Origin: Phyllobates terribilis
Taxonomy: Eukaryota
Length of the DNA stretch: 64,000 nt
Reading direction: 5' to 3'
Assembly (NCBI RefSeq): GCF_046119375.1
Contig: NW_027362772.1
Span: forward strand, 47,430,001 to 47,494,000
The notes below the pieces were generated by a model. That model was not told the DNA's origin. It did not search any database and saw nothing but the letters and a program-made list of their open reading frames with translations. Within the stretch, counting starts at the first letter, position 1; each line of letters opens with the position of its first letter. This document shows positions 12,489-26,849 of this stretch, piece by piece. The translations under genes were made by a program, and so were the position numbers.

Positions 12489-13547
12489 AGGTGCGGTGCT
12501 TTCCAATTTGCTGAATCAAGGATCTGATAACATCAGCTTGGAGAGCACACACACCAATACTGTCAGACAGGACAGCACCGAAGGTCCCAGCCACCCTAAC
12601 CTTAGTGGTTGGACAGAGCCTGTGCTAGCCAGAGCTTCTGGTTCTGACATCTCCTCTATCACCAGCGCCGCCCGCAGAATGAATACGGTGGCTCCTAGAG
12701 ACAAAAGCAGAAGTTGCAGGAGCACGCTCTAGTGGAGATATAAGAGGTGACTTCTACTGAAATATTTTTGCAATCATTCTCTTACCCAACAACAGCATGG
12801 AGACATTATCAGATAAGGCGGAAATTGAGGTAATGGTTTTAGTAGAGGTTAAGGCAACATGCTTACATGATAAACCTCAGATAATAAAATGTGATAACAA
12901 AATGTTTTTCTTCGTTACATCTCGGCTCTATGAAAACCTACAGATGAACGTGAGATTATGCACTTAAAAAAAGTCATTACAAATTTTACGAGAAATTTCT
13001 GGCCAGCATATCGAACTGTAGTACCTAATGCCAGGCGGCTGCTGCCAAGTCCACTAAGATCATGTTATGCATCAAAATATAAAAATCACTAGTCAGGCCA
13101 ATAATGGAACAGTATGTATAATTCTAGGCTCTGGTCTAAATAAAAAATAAAGCAGAAGTGAAGCACTCAAAAACAATGGAAATTTTTTTTTTTGGAAATA
13201 ACATATTATATCAAAGAAGTTTCACACGAAAATGCATTAAAAGTCAGAAAAGAAATTTAGCAGACCTTCTTAATATACCAAGGACTACAATCTCGGGGAC
13301 ATTCACTACATCTAAAAGAAAACAAGTATTTACCGTCTTCGTTGACAAGGATTCTTTACTGTAAAAGCAGTGAGACTATATGGATGTTGTGGAGGTTATT
13401 TTTAATTTTTAAGAATTGTTTGTTTGTTTTTTTAAGTGACTCAGATGTCTTTGTCAATGCGTTGAACTCGGACAGATACAGTACGTGCTCTCTTTCAGGC
13501 TCCTTATGATACAGTGTTGCCCAATTTATCGTGTTACAATGGAGCAG

Positions 13548-13561
13548 CCACTAGGTGGCAG
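13548..13561 (+). promoter_or_regulatory. Candidate CTCF site
   Basis: CCACTAGGTGGCAG matches the CTCF core CCASYAGRKGGCRS at all 14 positions. Motif evidence only. Confidence 0.45.
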
Positions 13562-13778
13562 TGTTTAATGCGCTTTTTTTTCTGACTGAGATCAATATTT
13601 ATCAAAGTCATAGATGGAAATAAGATGTTGAAAAAAAGATGTTTTTCTGGGTTTGGAGGAAATGTGTCAGTTTCCTTTTTGAGAACCTGTTGTAACGAAT
13701 CAGCAAATCATTTGTTTTTGCGTTTTATACCAATATTTTCTTCTGACGTTCAGTCACTGCCCTGCAATGTGTTGTAAT

Positions 13779-16700
13779 TAGAGATGAGCGGTGTTCGACT
13801 AGAACTGTTCGCCAATCTCAAATTCGAGCTGTTTTGGGCGGTGTTCGAGTTGTTCGAGGAACCCGAACGATTTGCAAAAAATTCGGCTGTTCGAGGTTAT
13901 GTTCGATAACTGTTCGTGCACCAAAAGCGTGTCCTGCATGTCTGGCGCTATTTAGAGCACCAATCATGCAGGGATTGTCTGCCACTCACTGTAATGCCAC
14001 AGCCATGGTGGTTGTGGCATTACAGTGATTGCCCAAATCGATGGGAACAGTGCCAACAGTGAAACATGAAAAGCCGGCAATTCAGCAGCGGCATACACCG
14101 GTACCCGACAATTTAGAACCGAAAGAATAGAGCTTCACACATAGATTAGATAGATATAAACATGTCAGCCACATATATACGAAGTACAGTGAAAGTGCTG
14201 CTTACTGTACTTGTCATTTAGCGTAAAGGATTTATCAAAAAAAATAATAGTGTTTTCATACACCGTCTCTTTAAAAAAGCCGGCCGGCAATTCAGCAGCG
14301 GTACCCGACAATTTATAACAGACAGAATAGAGCTTCACACATAGATTAGATAGATAGAAACATGTCAGTCACATATATATGAAGTACAGTGATAGTGTTG
14401 GTTACTGTACTTGTCATTTAGTATTAAAATAAAGGATTTATTATTAAAAAAATTGGCGTGGGGTTCCCCTTAATTTTAGGCTCTAGCGGAGGTTAAGCAG
14501 ACGGCTGGGGCAGATGTTTGAAGCCTGGGAAGGGGCTACTAATATCAGCCCCCAGCTGAATACATAGCCTTTACTAGCTATTAAAATGGGGGACCCCCCA
14601 AAAAAAATGACGTGGGGTCCCCCCTAATTTAATAGCTAGCAAAGGCTAGGCAGACAGCTGGGGGCTGATATTAATAGCCCAGGAAGGGAGCCATGAATAT
14701 TGGCCCCCTCCCAGGCTAGAAACACCAGCCGTCAGCCGCCCCAGAAATGGCGCATTCATAGGATGCGCCAATTCTGGCACTTAGCCTCGCTCTTCCACGC
14801 TGCCCTGGTGCGGTGGCAGGGGGTAATAGGGTTGGGGTTGATGTCAGCTTATAATGCCAGCTGACATCAAGCCCAGGTTAGTAATGGAGAGGCGTCTATA
14901 AGACACCCCCATTACTAACCCCATAGTCAAAGTTAAAAAAAACACAACACCCAGAATAAAGTCCTTTAATTGAAATAAAGACACAATTCTTTATTGTTCT
15001 AAATTAAACCATACTTACCATCACACCCATTCCAGCTGAAGCCAACGATCTCCTGCAATAAAAGAAAAATAATAAACCAACCTCATCCTTACCTTTCCAT
15101 GGTTCCCACGACAGCTTCAGCTCTGCTACATCGAGATGACTGGCTGGACCGCAGCAGAACGCTGCCATCCAGTCTGTCATCCCGCAGACACTGAGAAGCG
15201 CAGGCATGCTTGCGCTCCTCACTGTCTCGCTGTGACGGCATCCAGATGAGCCGAGGTCATGTCCAATGAACTCGGCTCACCTCATGCACGTCACTGACAG
15301 CGTGGGAAAATTCTCACGCTGAAGTGCTGAGTGCAGGAGAATTCTCCCACGCTGTCAGTGATGTGCATGAGGTGGGCTCATGTCCAATGAACTCAGCTCA
15401 CCTCCTGCACGTCACTGACAGCGTGGGAAAATTCTCCTGCAATCAGCGCTTCAGCGTGAGAATTTTCCCACGCTGTCAGTGACGTGCATGAGGTGAGCCG
15501 AGTTCATTGGACATGAACTCGGCTCATCTGGATGTCGTCACAGAGAGACGCTGAGCAGCGCAAGCAAGCCTGCGCTTCTCAGTGTCTGCGGGATGACAGG
15601 CTGGATGGCAGCGTTCTGCTGCGGTCCAGCCTGTCATCTCGATGTAGCAGAGCTGAAGCTGTCGTGGGAACCATGGAAAGGTAAGGATGAGGTTGCTTTA
15701 TTATTTTTCTTTTATTGCAGGAGATCGTTGGCTTCAGCTGGAATGGGCGTGATGGTAAGTATGGTTTAATTTAGAACAATAAAGAATTGTGTGTTTATTT
15801 CAATTAAAGGACTTTTTACTGGGTGTTGTGTTTTTTTTAAATACTTTACTAGAAATTCATGGTGGTCATGTCTAATATTGGCGTGACCCCATGAATTTCG
15901 GGCTTAGGGCCAGCTGATAATGCCAAGCTGGCCCTAACCCCTTTATTACCCAGTGAGCCACCGCATCAGGGCCCTGGATGAGTTGGGTACAGCGCCAGAA
16001 GATGGCGCTTCTATGAACGCGCCATTTTCCGGGGTAGCTGCGGACTGCAATTTGCAGCGGGGGTGGCCCAGAAAGCTTGGGCCTCCATGCGCTGCGGATT
16101 CCAGCCCCCAGCTGCCTAGTTGTACCTGGCTGGACACAAAAACAGGGCGAAGCCCCACGTCAATTTTCTTTAAATTATTTCATGAAATAATTAAGAAAAA
16201 AAGGGCTTCCCTATATTGTTGTGTCCGGCCAGGTACAAATAGGCAGCTGGTGGTTGGGGGCAGCCCGTTCCTGCCTGCTGTACCTGGCTGGACACAAATA
16301 TAGTGCGAAGCCCCACGTCAATTTTTTTTTAATTATTTCATGAATTTCCTGAAATAATTTAAAAAAATTGAAGTGGGGCTTCGCACTATATTTGTGTCCA
16401 GCCAGGTACAGCAGGCAGGAACGGGCTGCCCCCATCCACCAGCTGCCTATTTGTACCTGGCCGGACACAACAATATAGGGAAGCCCTTTTTTTCTTAATT
16501 ATTTCATGAATTTCATGAAATAATTAAAAAAAATTGAAGTGGGGCTTCGCACTATATTTGTGTCCAGCCAGGTACAGCAGGCAGGAACGGGCTGCCCCCA
16601 ACCACCAGCTGCCTATTTGTACCTGGCCGGACACAACAATATAGGGAAGGCCTTTTTTTCTTAATTATTTCATGAATTTCATGAAATAATTAAAAAAAAA

Positions 16701-19237
16701 GTACGTGGGGCTTCGCCCTATTTTTGTGTCCAGCCAGGTACAACTAGGCAGCTGGGGGCTGGAATCTGCAGCGCAGGGAGGCCCAAGCTTTCTGGGCCCC
16801 CCCCCGCTACAAATTGCAGTCCGCAGCCACCCCGGAAAATGGCGCGTTCATAGAAGCGCCATCTTCTGGCGCTGTACTCAACTCATCCAGGGCCCTGGTG
16901 CGGTGGCTCACTGGGTAATAAAGGGGTTAGGGCCAGCTTGGTATTATCAGCTGGCCCCAAGCCCAAAATTCATGGGGTCACGCCAGTGTTAGACATGACC
17001 GCCATGAATTTCTAGTAAAGTATTTAAAAAAAACACAACACCCAGAATAAAGTCCTTTAATTGAAATAAAGACACAATTCTTTATTGTTCTAAATTAAAC
17101 CATACTTACCATCACACCCATTCCAGCTGAAGCCAACGATCTCCTGCAATAAAAGAAAAATAATAAACCAACCTCATCCTTACCTTTCCATGGTTCCCAC
17201 GACAGCTTCAGCTCTGCTACATCGAGATGACTGGCTGGACCGCAGCAGAACGCTGCCATCCAGTCTGTCATCCCGCAGACACTGAGAAGCGCAGGCATGC
17301 TTGCGCTCCTCACTGTCTCGCTGTGACGGCATCCAGATGAGCCGAGGTCATGTCCAATGAACTCGGCTCACCTCATGCACGTCACTGACAGCGTGGGAAA
17401 ATTCTCACGCTGAAGTGCTGAGTGCAGGAGAATTCTCCCACGCTGTCAGTGATGTGCATGAGGTGGGCTCATGTCCAATGAACTCAGCTCACCTCCTGCA
17501 CGTCACTGACAGCGTGGGAAAATTCTCCTGCAATCAGCGCTTCAGCGTGAGAATTTTCCCACGCTGTCAGTGACGTGCATGAGGTGAGCCGAGTTCATTG
17601 GACATGAACTCGGCTCATCTGGATGTCGTCACAGAGAGACGCTGAGCAGCGCAAGCAAGCCTGCGCTTCTCAGTGTCTGCGGGATGACAGGCTGGATGGC
17701 AGCGTTCTGCTGCGGTCCAGCCTGTCATCTCGATGTAGCAGAGCTGAAGCTGTCGTGGGAACCATGGAAAGGTAAGGATGAGGTTGCTTTATTATTTTTC
17801 TTTTATTGCAGGAGATCGTTGGCTTCAGCTGGAATGGGCGTGATGGTAAGTATGGTTTAATTTAGAACAATAAAGGATTGTGTCTTTATTTCAATTAAAG
17901 GACTTTATTCTGGGTGTTTGTGTTTTTTTTAACTTTGACTATGGGGTTAGTAATGGGGGTGTCTTATAGACGCCTCTCCATTACTAACCTGGGCTTGATG
18001 TCAGCTGGCATTATAAGCTGACATCAACCCCAACCCTATTACCCCCTGCCACCGCACCAGGGCAGCGTGGAAGAGCGAGGCTAAGTGCCAGAATTGGCGC
18101 ATCCTATGAATGCGCCATTTCTGGGGCGGCTGACGGCTGGTGTTTCTAGCCTGGGAGGGGGCCAATATTCATGGCTCCCTTCCTGGGCTATTAATATCAG
18201 CCCACAGCTGTCTGCCTAGCCTTTGCTAGCTATTAAATTAGGGGGACCCCACGTCATTTTTTTGGGGGGGTCCCCCATTTTAATAGCTAGTAAAGGCTAT
18301 GTATTCAGCTGGGGGCTGATATTAGTAGCCTGGGAAGCTCCGTGGGTATTACCCCCTTCCCAGGCTTCAAACATCTGCCCCAGCCGTCTGCTTAACCTCC
18401 GCTAGAGCCTAAAATTAAGGGGAACCCCACGCTAATTTTTTTAATAATAAATCCTTTATTTTAATACTAAATGACAAGTACAGTAACCAACACTATCACT
18501 GTACTTCATATATATGTGACTGACATGTTTCTATCTATCTAATCTATGTGTGATGCTCTATCTTTCTGTTCTAAATTGTCGGGTACCGCTGCTGAATTGC
18601 CGGCCGGCTTTTTTAAAGAGACAGTGCATGAAAACACTATTATTTTTTTAAATAAATCCTTTACACTAAATGACAAGTACAGTAAGCAACACTATCACTG
18701 TACTTATTATATATGTGACTGACATGTTTCTATCTATCTAATCTATGTGTGAAGCTCTATTCTTTCTGTTCTAAATTGTCGGGTACCGATGCTGAATTGC
18801 CGGCCGGCTTTTTTAAAGAGACGGTGCATGAAAACACTAATATTTTTTTTAATAAATCCTTTACACTAAATGACAAGTGCAGTAACCAACACTGTCACTG
18901 TGCTTCTTATATGTGTGACTGACATGTTTCTATCTATCTAATCTATGTGTGATGCTCTATTCCTTCTTGTCTAAATTGTCGGGTACCGGTGTATGCCGCT
19001 GCTGAATTTGCCGGCCGGCTTTTTTAAAGAGAGTGTCTTCTGAGCAGTTTGTCAGCTTTTGGACACCTTTGCAGGTGTTTTCTATGTGTTTCTATGTGTT
19101 TTTGTTTGCCTGCCATTGGTTTTAACGGTGTTCGACGGTGTTCTAAGGTGTTCGACGAACAGTTCGACGAACAGTTCCTCGAACATCCCGGTGTTCGACG
19201 AACCGAACCCGAACACTACGGGGGTGGCTCAACACTA
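13779..19237 (+). mobile_element. Element A: 5459-bp non-autonomous hAT element with nested palindromic interior
   Basis: Ends TAGAGATGAGCG ... GGCTCAACACTA with perfect TSD GTTGTAAT (13771-13778 / 19238-19245). The terminal ~145 bp and ~200 bp match the ends of the transposase-bearing element at 42661-53049. The interior is mirror-symmetric. Confidence 0.9.
18440..19030. repeat. ~200-bp tandem units (x3) inside the hAT elements
   Basis: CGGCCGGCTT recurs at 18601, 18801 and ~19012. Related arrays lie at ~14090-14450, 20350-20940, 25140-25740, 27060-27650 and 31860-32230. Confidence 0.85.
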
Positions 19238-20138
19238 GTTGTAATATTATTACGCAATGTTGGCTTTGCTCTGCTGCATGAAGCCAGGTACCTATATAAA
19301 AATGGATGGTTTATAGCGAATTGTAGCAGTAAATCCAACAACACCCACGGTCAATAGCCACAGTAGCATCTAAGCGGTTAGAAAGAGATAGAGGAAGAAG
19401 TGTCACATTCTCCAGAAAATGCAATTGTTGTACATTATAGATAAGATGCTTGGAAAGATATGTAGTAGAGACAATTTGATTTCTTGAATATTTTCAATTT
19501 TTTCACCCAAAACATTTAATTTTGTCCAAATCTACTAGAAAGTGCTCTGAAGCCTCCAATAACTCTGAAAAGATGTGTGCAACACTCAGAAGTCTCCTAG
19601 GACTGCATCAAGAACTTTTCATGCTTTTTAGCGCAAACTCAGCCTTAGCAATGTCATAGTGACCTTAACCAATGCAGCTAGAAGAAAACATAAGATTGGA
19701 GTTGTTGCAAATCGATTTGTTCCATCGGCCGCGACAGCGATCAGTTCTCACAGAAATTAAAAAGGGAGCAGTATCCACAGCTCTTCTTTCGATTATCCTG
19801 CTTGGCATGACGTTATAGTTGCAAAACAATACACATGTGACGTGGCGCCGCCATCAGGTGAGAGGTGATACTCCCTCTCCCACTGCAGTGTACAACAGAA
19901 TAGCATGTGCAAATCGATTTGCTCAAACTCTACACATAAACTTAGAAAATCAATGGCCCAAACAAACATTTTTAATTTTTTACATGAAAATTTTACATTT
20001 AAATTATTATTATTATTATTATTGTTGTTGTTGTTATTATTATTTATTGATTAAAATATTTTTTTTTCCTTGAAAATAAAAAGAAATTATTTTAAAAATA
20101 TACAATTTTTTTTATTTAAAAATACAGTTTGTCGTGAC
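19238..20138. repeat. 901-bp host spacer, duplicated at 25949-26849
   Basis: Near-identical direct copy at offset 6711, including the same (ATT)n/(GTT)n microsatellite. One visible SNP (ACACCCACGG vs ACACCCGCGG). Starts with TSD GTTGTAAT and ends with TSD GTCGTGAC. Confidence 0.95.
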
Positions 20139-23100
20139 TAGTGTTGAGCCACCCCCGTAGTGTTCGGGTTCGGTTCGGTTCGTCGAACACCGGGATGTTC
20201 GAGGAACTGTTCGTCGAACTGTTCGTCGAACACCTTAGAACACCGTCGAACACCGTTAAAACCAATGGCAGGCAAACAAAAACACATAGAAACACATAGA
20301 AAACACCTGCAAAGGTGTCCAAAAGCTGACAAACTGCTCAGAAGACACTCTCTTTAAAAAAGCCGGCCGGCAAATTCAGCAGCGGCATACACCGGTACCC
20401 GACAATTTAGACAAGAAGGAATAGAGCATCACACATAGATTAGATAGATAGAAACATGTCAGTCACACATATAAGAAGCACAGTGACAGTGTTGGTTACT
20501 GCACTTGTCATTTAGTGTAAAGGATTTATTAAAAAAAATATTAGTGTTTTCATGCACCGTCTCTTTAAAAAAGCCGGCCGGCAATTCAGCATCGGTACCC
20601 CACAATTTAGAACAGAAAGAATAGAGCTTCACACATAGATTAGATAGATAGAAACATGTCAGTCACATATATAATAAGTACAGTGATAGTGTTGCTTACT
20701 GTACTTGTCATTTAGTGTAAAGGATTTATTTAAAAAAATAATAGTGTTTTCATGCACTGTCTCTTTAAAAAAGCCGGCCGGCAATTCAGCAGCGGTACCC
20801 GACAATTTAGAACAGAAAGATAGAGCATCACACATAGATTAGATAGATAGAAACATGTCAGTCACATATATATGAAGTACAGTGATAGTGTTGGTTACTG
20901 TACTTGTCATTTAGTATTAAAATAAAGGATTTATTATTAAAAAAATTGGCGTGGGGTTCCCCTTAATTTTAGGCTCTAGCGGAGGTTAAGCAGACGGCTG
21001 GGGCAGATGTTTGAAGCCTGGGAAGGGGGTAATACCCACGGAGCTTCCCAGGCTACTAATATCAGCCCCCAGCTGAATACATAGCCTTTACTAGCTATTA
21101 AAATGGGGGACCCCCCAAAAAAAATGACGTGGGGTCCCCCCTAATTTAATAGCTAGCAAAGGCTAGGCAGACAGCTGGGGGCTGATATTAATAGCCCAGG
21201 AAGGGAGCCATGAATATTGGCCCCCTCCCAGGCTAGAAACACCAGCCGTCAGCCGCCCCAGAAATGGCGCATTCATAGGATGCGCCAATTCTGGCACTTA
21301 GCCTCGCTCTTCCACGCTGCCCTGGTGCGGTGGCAGGGGGTAATAGGGTTGGGGTTGATGTCAGCTTATAATGCCAGCTGACATCAAGCCCAGGTTAGTA
21401 ATGGAGAGGCGTCTATAAGACACCTCCATTACTAACCCCATAGTCAAAGTTAAAAAAAACACAAACACCCAGAATAAAGTCCTTTAATTGAAATAAAGAC
21501 ACAATCCTTTATTGTTCTAAATTAAACCATACTTACCGTCACGCCCATTCCAGCTGAAGCCAACGATCTCCTGCAATAAAAGAAAAATAATAAAGCAACC
21601 TCATCCTTATCTTTCCATGGTTCCCACGACAGCTTCAGCTCTGCTACATCGAGATGACAGGCTGGACCGCAGCAGAACGCTGCCATCCAGCCTCTCATCC
21701 CGCAGACACTGAGAAGCGCAGGCTTGCTTGCGCTGCTCAGCGTCTCTCTGTGACGACATCCAGATGAGCCGAGTTCATGTCCAATGAACTCGGCTCACCT
21801 CATGCACGTCACTGACAGCGTGGGAAAATTCTCACGCTGAAGCGGTGAGTGCAGGAGAATTCTCCCACGCTGTCAGTGACGTGCATAAGGTGAGCTCATG
21901 TCCAATAAACTCAGCTCACCTCCTGCACGTCACTGACAGCGTGGGAGAATTCTCCTGCACTCAGCGCTTCAGCGTGAGAATTCTCCCACGCTGAAGCGCT
22001 GAGTGCAGGAGAATTTTCCCACGCTGTCAGTGACGTGCATAAGGTGAGCTCATGTCCAATGAACTCAGCTCACCTCCTGCACGTCACTGACAGCGTGGGA
22101 GAATTCTCCTGCACTCAGCGCTTCAGTGTGAGAATTCTCCCACGCTGAAGCGCTGAGTGCAGGAGAATTTTCCCACGCTGTCAGTGACGTGCATGAGGTG
22201 AGCCGAGTTCATTGGACATTAACTCGGCTCATCTGGATGCCCTCACAGAGAGACACTGTGGAGCGCAAGCAAGCCTGCGCTTCTCAGTGTCTGCGGGATG
22301 ACAGGCTGGATGGCAGCGTTCTGCTGCGGTCCAGCCTGTCATCTCGATGTAGCAGAGCTGAAGCTGTCATGGGAACCATGGAAAGGTAAGGATGATGTTG
22401 CTTTATTATTTTTCTTTTATTTCAGGAGATCGTTGGCTTCAGCTGGAATGGGCGTGATGGTAAGTATGGTTTAATTTAGAACAATAAAGAATTGTGTGTT
22501 TATTTCAATTAAAGGACTTTTTACTGGGTGTTGTGTTTTTTTTAAATACTTTACTAGAAATTCATGGTGGTCATGTCTAATATTGGCGTGACCCCATGAA
22601 TTTCGGGCTTAGGGCCAGCTGATAATGCCAAGCTGGCCCTAACCCCTTTATTACCCAGTGAGCCACCGCATCAGGGCCCTGGATGAGTTGGGTACAGCGC
22701 CAGAAGATGGCGCTTCTATGAACGCGCCATTTTCCGGGGTAGCTGCGGACTGCAATTTGCAGCGGGGGTGGCCCAGAAAGCTTGGGCCTCCATGCGCTGC
22801 GGATTCCAGCCCCCAGCTGCCTAGTTGTACCTGGCTGGACACAAAAACAGGGCGAAGCCCCACGTCAATTTTCTTTAAATTATTTCATGAAATAATTAAG
22901 AAAAAAAGGGCTTCCCTATATTGTTGTGTCCGGCCAGGTACAAATAGGCAGCTGGTGGTTGGGGGCAGCCCGTTCCTGCCTGCTGTACCTGGCTGGACAC
23001 AAATATAGTGCGAAGCCCCACGTCAATTTTTTTTAAATTATTTCATGAATTTCCTGAAATAATTTAAAAAAATTGAAGTGGGGCTTCGCACTATATTTGT

Positions 23101-25948
23101 GTCCAGCCAGGTACAGCAGGCAGGAACGGGCTGCCCCCATCCACCAGCTGCCTATTTGTACCTGGCCGGACACAACAATATAGGGAAGCCCTTTTTTTCT
23201 TAATTATTTCATGAATTTCATGAATTAATTAAAAAAAATTGAAGTGGGGCTTCGCACTATATTTGTGTCCAGCCAGGTACAGCAGGCAGGAACGGGCTGC
23301 CCCCAACCACCAGCTGCCTATTTGTACCTGGCCGGACACAACAATATAGGGAAGGCCTTTTTTTCTTAATTATTTCATGAATTTCATGAAATAATTAAAA
23401 AAAAAGTACGTGGGGCTTCGCCCTATTTTTGTGTCCAGCCAGGTACAACTAGGCAGCTGGGGGCTGGAATCTGCAGCGCAGGGAGGCCCAAGCTTTCTGG
23501 GGCCCCCCCCGCTACAAATTGCAGTCCGCAGCCACCCCGGAAAATGGCGCGTTCATAGAAGCGCCATCTTCTGGCGCTGTACTCAACTCATCCAGGGCCC
23601 TGGTGCGGTGGCTCACTGGGTAATAAAGGGGTTAGGGCCAGCTTGGTATTATCAGCTGGCCCCAAGCCCAAAATTCATGGGGTCACGCCAGTGTTAGACA
23701 TGACCGCCATGAATTTCTAGTAAAGTATTTAAAAAAAACACAACACCCAGAATAAAGTCCTTTAATTGAAATAAAGACACAATTCTTTATTGTTCTAAAT
23801 TAAACCATACTTACCATCACACCCATTCCAGCTGAAGCCAACGATCTCCTGCAATAAAAGAAAAATAATAAACCAACCTCATCCTTACCTTTCCATGGTT
23901 CCCACGACAGCTTCAGCTCTGCTACATCGAGATGACTGGCTGGACCGCAGCAGAACGCTGCCATCCAGTCTGTCATCCCGCAGACACTGAGAAGCGCAGG
24001 CATGCTTGCGCTCCTCACTGTCTCGCTGTGACGGCATCCAGATGAGCCGAGGTCATGTCCAATGAACTCGGCTCACCTCATGCACGTCACTGACAGCGTG
24101 GGAAAATTCTCACGCTGAAGTGCTGAGTGCAGGAGAATTCTCCCACGCTGTCAGTGATGTGAATGAGGTGGGCTCATGTCCAATGAACTCAGCTCACCTC
24201 CTGCACGTCACTGACAGCGTGGGAAAATTCTCCTGCAATCAGCGCTTCAGCGTGAGAATTTTCCCACGCTGTCAGTGACGTGCATGAGGTGAGCCGAGTT
24301 CATTGGACATGAACTCGGCTCATCTGGATGTCGTCACAGAGAGACGCTGAGCAGCGCAAGCAAGCCTGCGCTTCTCAGTGTCTGCGGGATGACAGGCTGG
24401 ATGGCAGCGTTCTGCTGCGGTCCAGCCTGTCATCTCGATGTAGCAGAGCTGAAGCTGTCGTGGGAACCATGGAAAGGTAAGGATGAGGTTGCTTTATTAT
24501 TTTTCTTTTATTGCAGGAGATCGTTGGCTTCAGCTGGAATGGGCGTGATGGTAAGTATGGTTTAATTTAGAACAATAAAGGATTGTGTCTTTATTTCAAT
24601 TAAAGGACTTTATTCTGGGTGTTTGTGTTTTTTTTAACTTTGACTATGGGGTTAGTAATGGGGGTGTCTTATAGACGCCTCTCCATTACTAACCTGGGCT
24701 TGATGTCAGCTGGCATTATAAGCTGACATCAACCCCAACCCTATTACCCCCTGCCACCGCACCAGGGCAGCGTGGAAGAGCAAGGCTAAGTGCCAGAATT
24801 GGCGCATCCTATGAATGCGCCATTTCTGGGGCGGCTGACGGCTGGTGTTTCTAGCCTGGGAGGGGGCCAATATTCATGGCTCCCTTCCTGGGCTATTAAT
24901 ATCAGCCCCCAGCTGTCTGCCTAGCCTTTGCTAGCTATTAAATTAGGGGGGACCCCACGTCATTTTTTTGGGGGGGTCCCCCATTTTAATAGCTAGTAAA
25001 GGCTATGTATTCAGCTGGGGGCTGATATTAGTAGCCTGGGAAGCTCCGTGGGTATTACCCCCTTCCCAGGCTTCAAACATCTGCCCCAGCCGTCTGCTTA
25101 ACCTCCGCTAGAGCCTAAAATTAAGGGGAACCCCACGCTAATTTTTTTAATAATAAATCCTTTATTTTAATACTAAATGACAAGTACAGTAACCAACACT
25201 ATCACTGTACTTCATATATATGTGACTGACATGTTTCTATCTATCTAATCTATGTGTGATGCTCTATCTTTCTGTTCTAAATTGTCGGGTACCGCTGCTG
25301 AATTGCCGGCCGGCTTTTTTAAAGAGACAGTGCATGAAAACACTATTATTTTTTTAAATAAATCCTTTACACTAAATGACAAGTACAGTAAGCAACACTA
25401 TCACTGTACTTATTATATATGTGACTGACATGTTTCTATCTATCTAATCTATGTGTGAAGCTCTATTCTTTCTGTTCTAAATTGTCGGGTACCGATGCTG
25501 AATTGCCGGCCGGCTTTTTTAAAGAGACGGTGCATGAAAACACTAATATTTTTTTTAATAAATCCTTTACACTAAATGACAAGTGCAGTAACCAACACTG
25601 TCACTGTGCTTCATATATGTGTGACTGACATGTTTCTATCTATCTAATCTATGTGTGATGCTCTATTCCTTCTTGTCTAAATTGTCGGGTACCGGTGTAT
25701 GCCGCTGCTGAATTTGCCGGCCGGCTTTTTTAAAGAGAGTGTCTTCTGAGCAGTTTGTCAGCTTTTGGACACCTTTGCAGGTGTTTTCTATGTGTTTCTA
25801 TGTGTTTTTGTTTGCCTGCCATTGGTTTTAACGGTGTTCGACGGTGTTCTAAGGTGTTCGACGAACAGTTCGACGAACAGTTCCTCGAACATCCCGGTGT
25901 TCGACGAACCGAACCGAACCCGAACACTACGGGGGTGGCTCAACACTA
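20139..25948. mobile_element. Hybrid hAT element (5810 bp) with two identical right-type ends
   Basis: Both termini are TAGTGTTGAGCCACCCCCGTAGTGTTCG (inverted). The left flank is GTCGTGAC (TSD of element B) and the right flank is GTTGTAAT (TSD of element A). Confidence 0.85.
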
Positions 25949-26849
25949 GTTGTAATATTATTACGCAATGTTGGCTTTGCTCTGCTGCATGAAGCCAGGT
26001 ACCTATATAAAAATGGATGGTTTATAGCGAATTGTAGCAGTAAATCCAACAACACCCGCGGTCAATAGCCACAGTAGCATCTAAGCGGTTAGAAAGAGAT
26101 AGAGGAAGAAGTGTCACATTCTCCAGAAAATGCAATTGTTGTACATTATAGATAAGATGCTTGGAAAGATATGTAGTAGAGACAATTTGATTTCTTGAAT
26201 ATTTTCAATTTTTTCACCCAAAACATTTAATTTTGTCCAAATCTACTAGAAAGTGCTCTGAAGCCTCCAATAACTCTGAAAAGATGTGTGCAACACTCAG
26301 AAGTCTCCTAGGACTGCATCAAGAACTTTTCATGCTTTTTAGCGCAAACTCAGCCTTAGCAATGTCATAGTGACCTTAACCAATGCAGCTAGAAGAAAAC
26401 ATAAGATTGGAGTTGTTGCAAATCGATTTGTTCCATCGGCCGCGACAGCGATCAGTTCTCACAGAAATTAAAAAGGGAGCAGTATCCACAGCTCTTCTTT
26501 CGATTATCCTGCTTGGCATGACGTTATAGTTGCAAAACAATACACATGTGACGTGGCGCCGCCATCAGGTGAGAGGTGATACTCCCTCTCCCACTGCAGT
26601 GTACAACAGAATAGCATGTGCAAATCGATTTGCTCAAACTCTACACATAAACTTAGAAAATCAATGGCCCAAACAAACATTTTTAATTTTTTACATGAAA
26701 ATTTTACATTTAAATTATTATTATTATTATTATTGTTGTTGTTGTTATTATTATTTATTGATTAAAATATTTTTTTTTCCTTGAAAATAAAAAGAAATTA
26801 TTTTAAAAATATACAATTTTTTTTATTTAAAAATACAGTTTGTCGTGAC

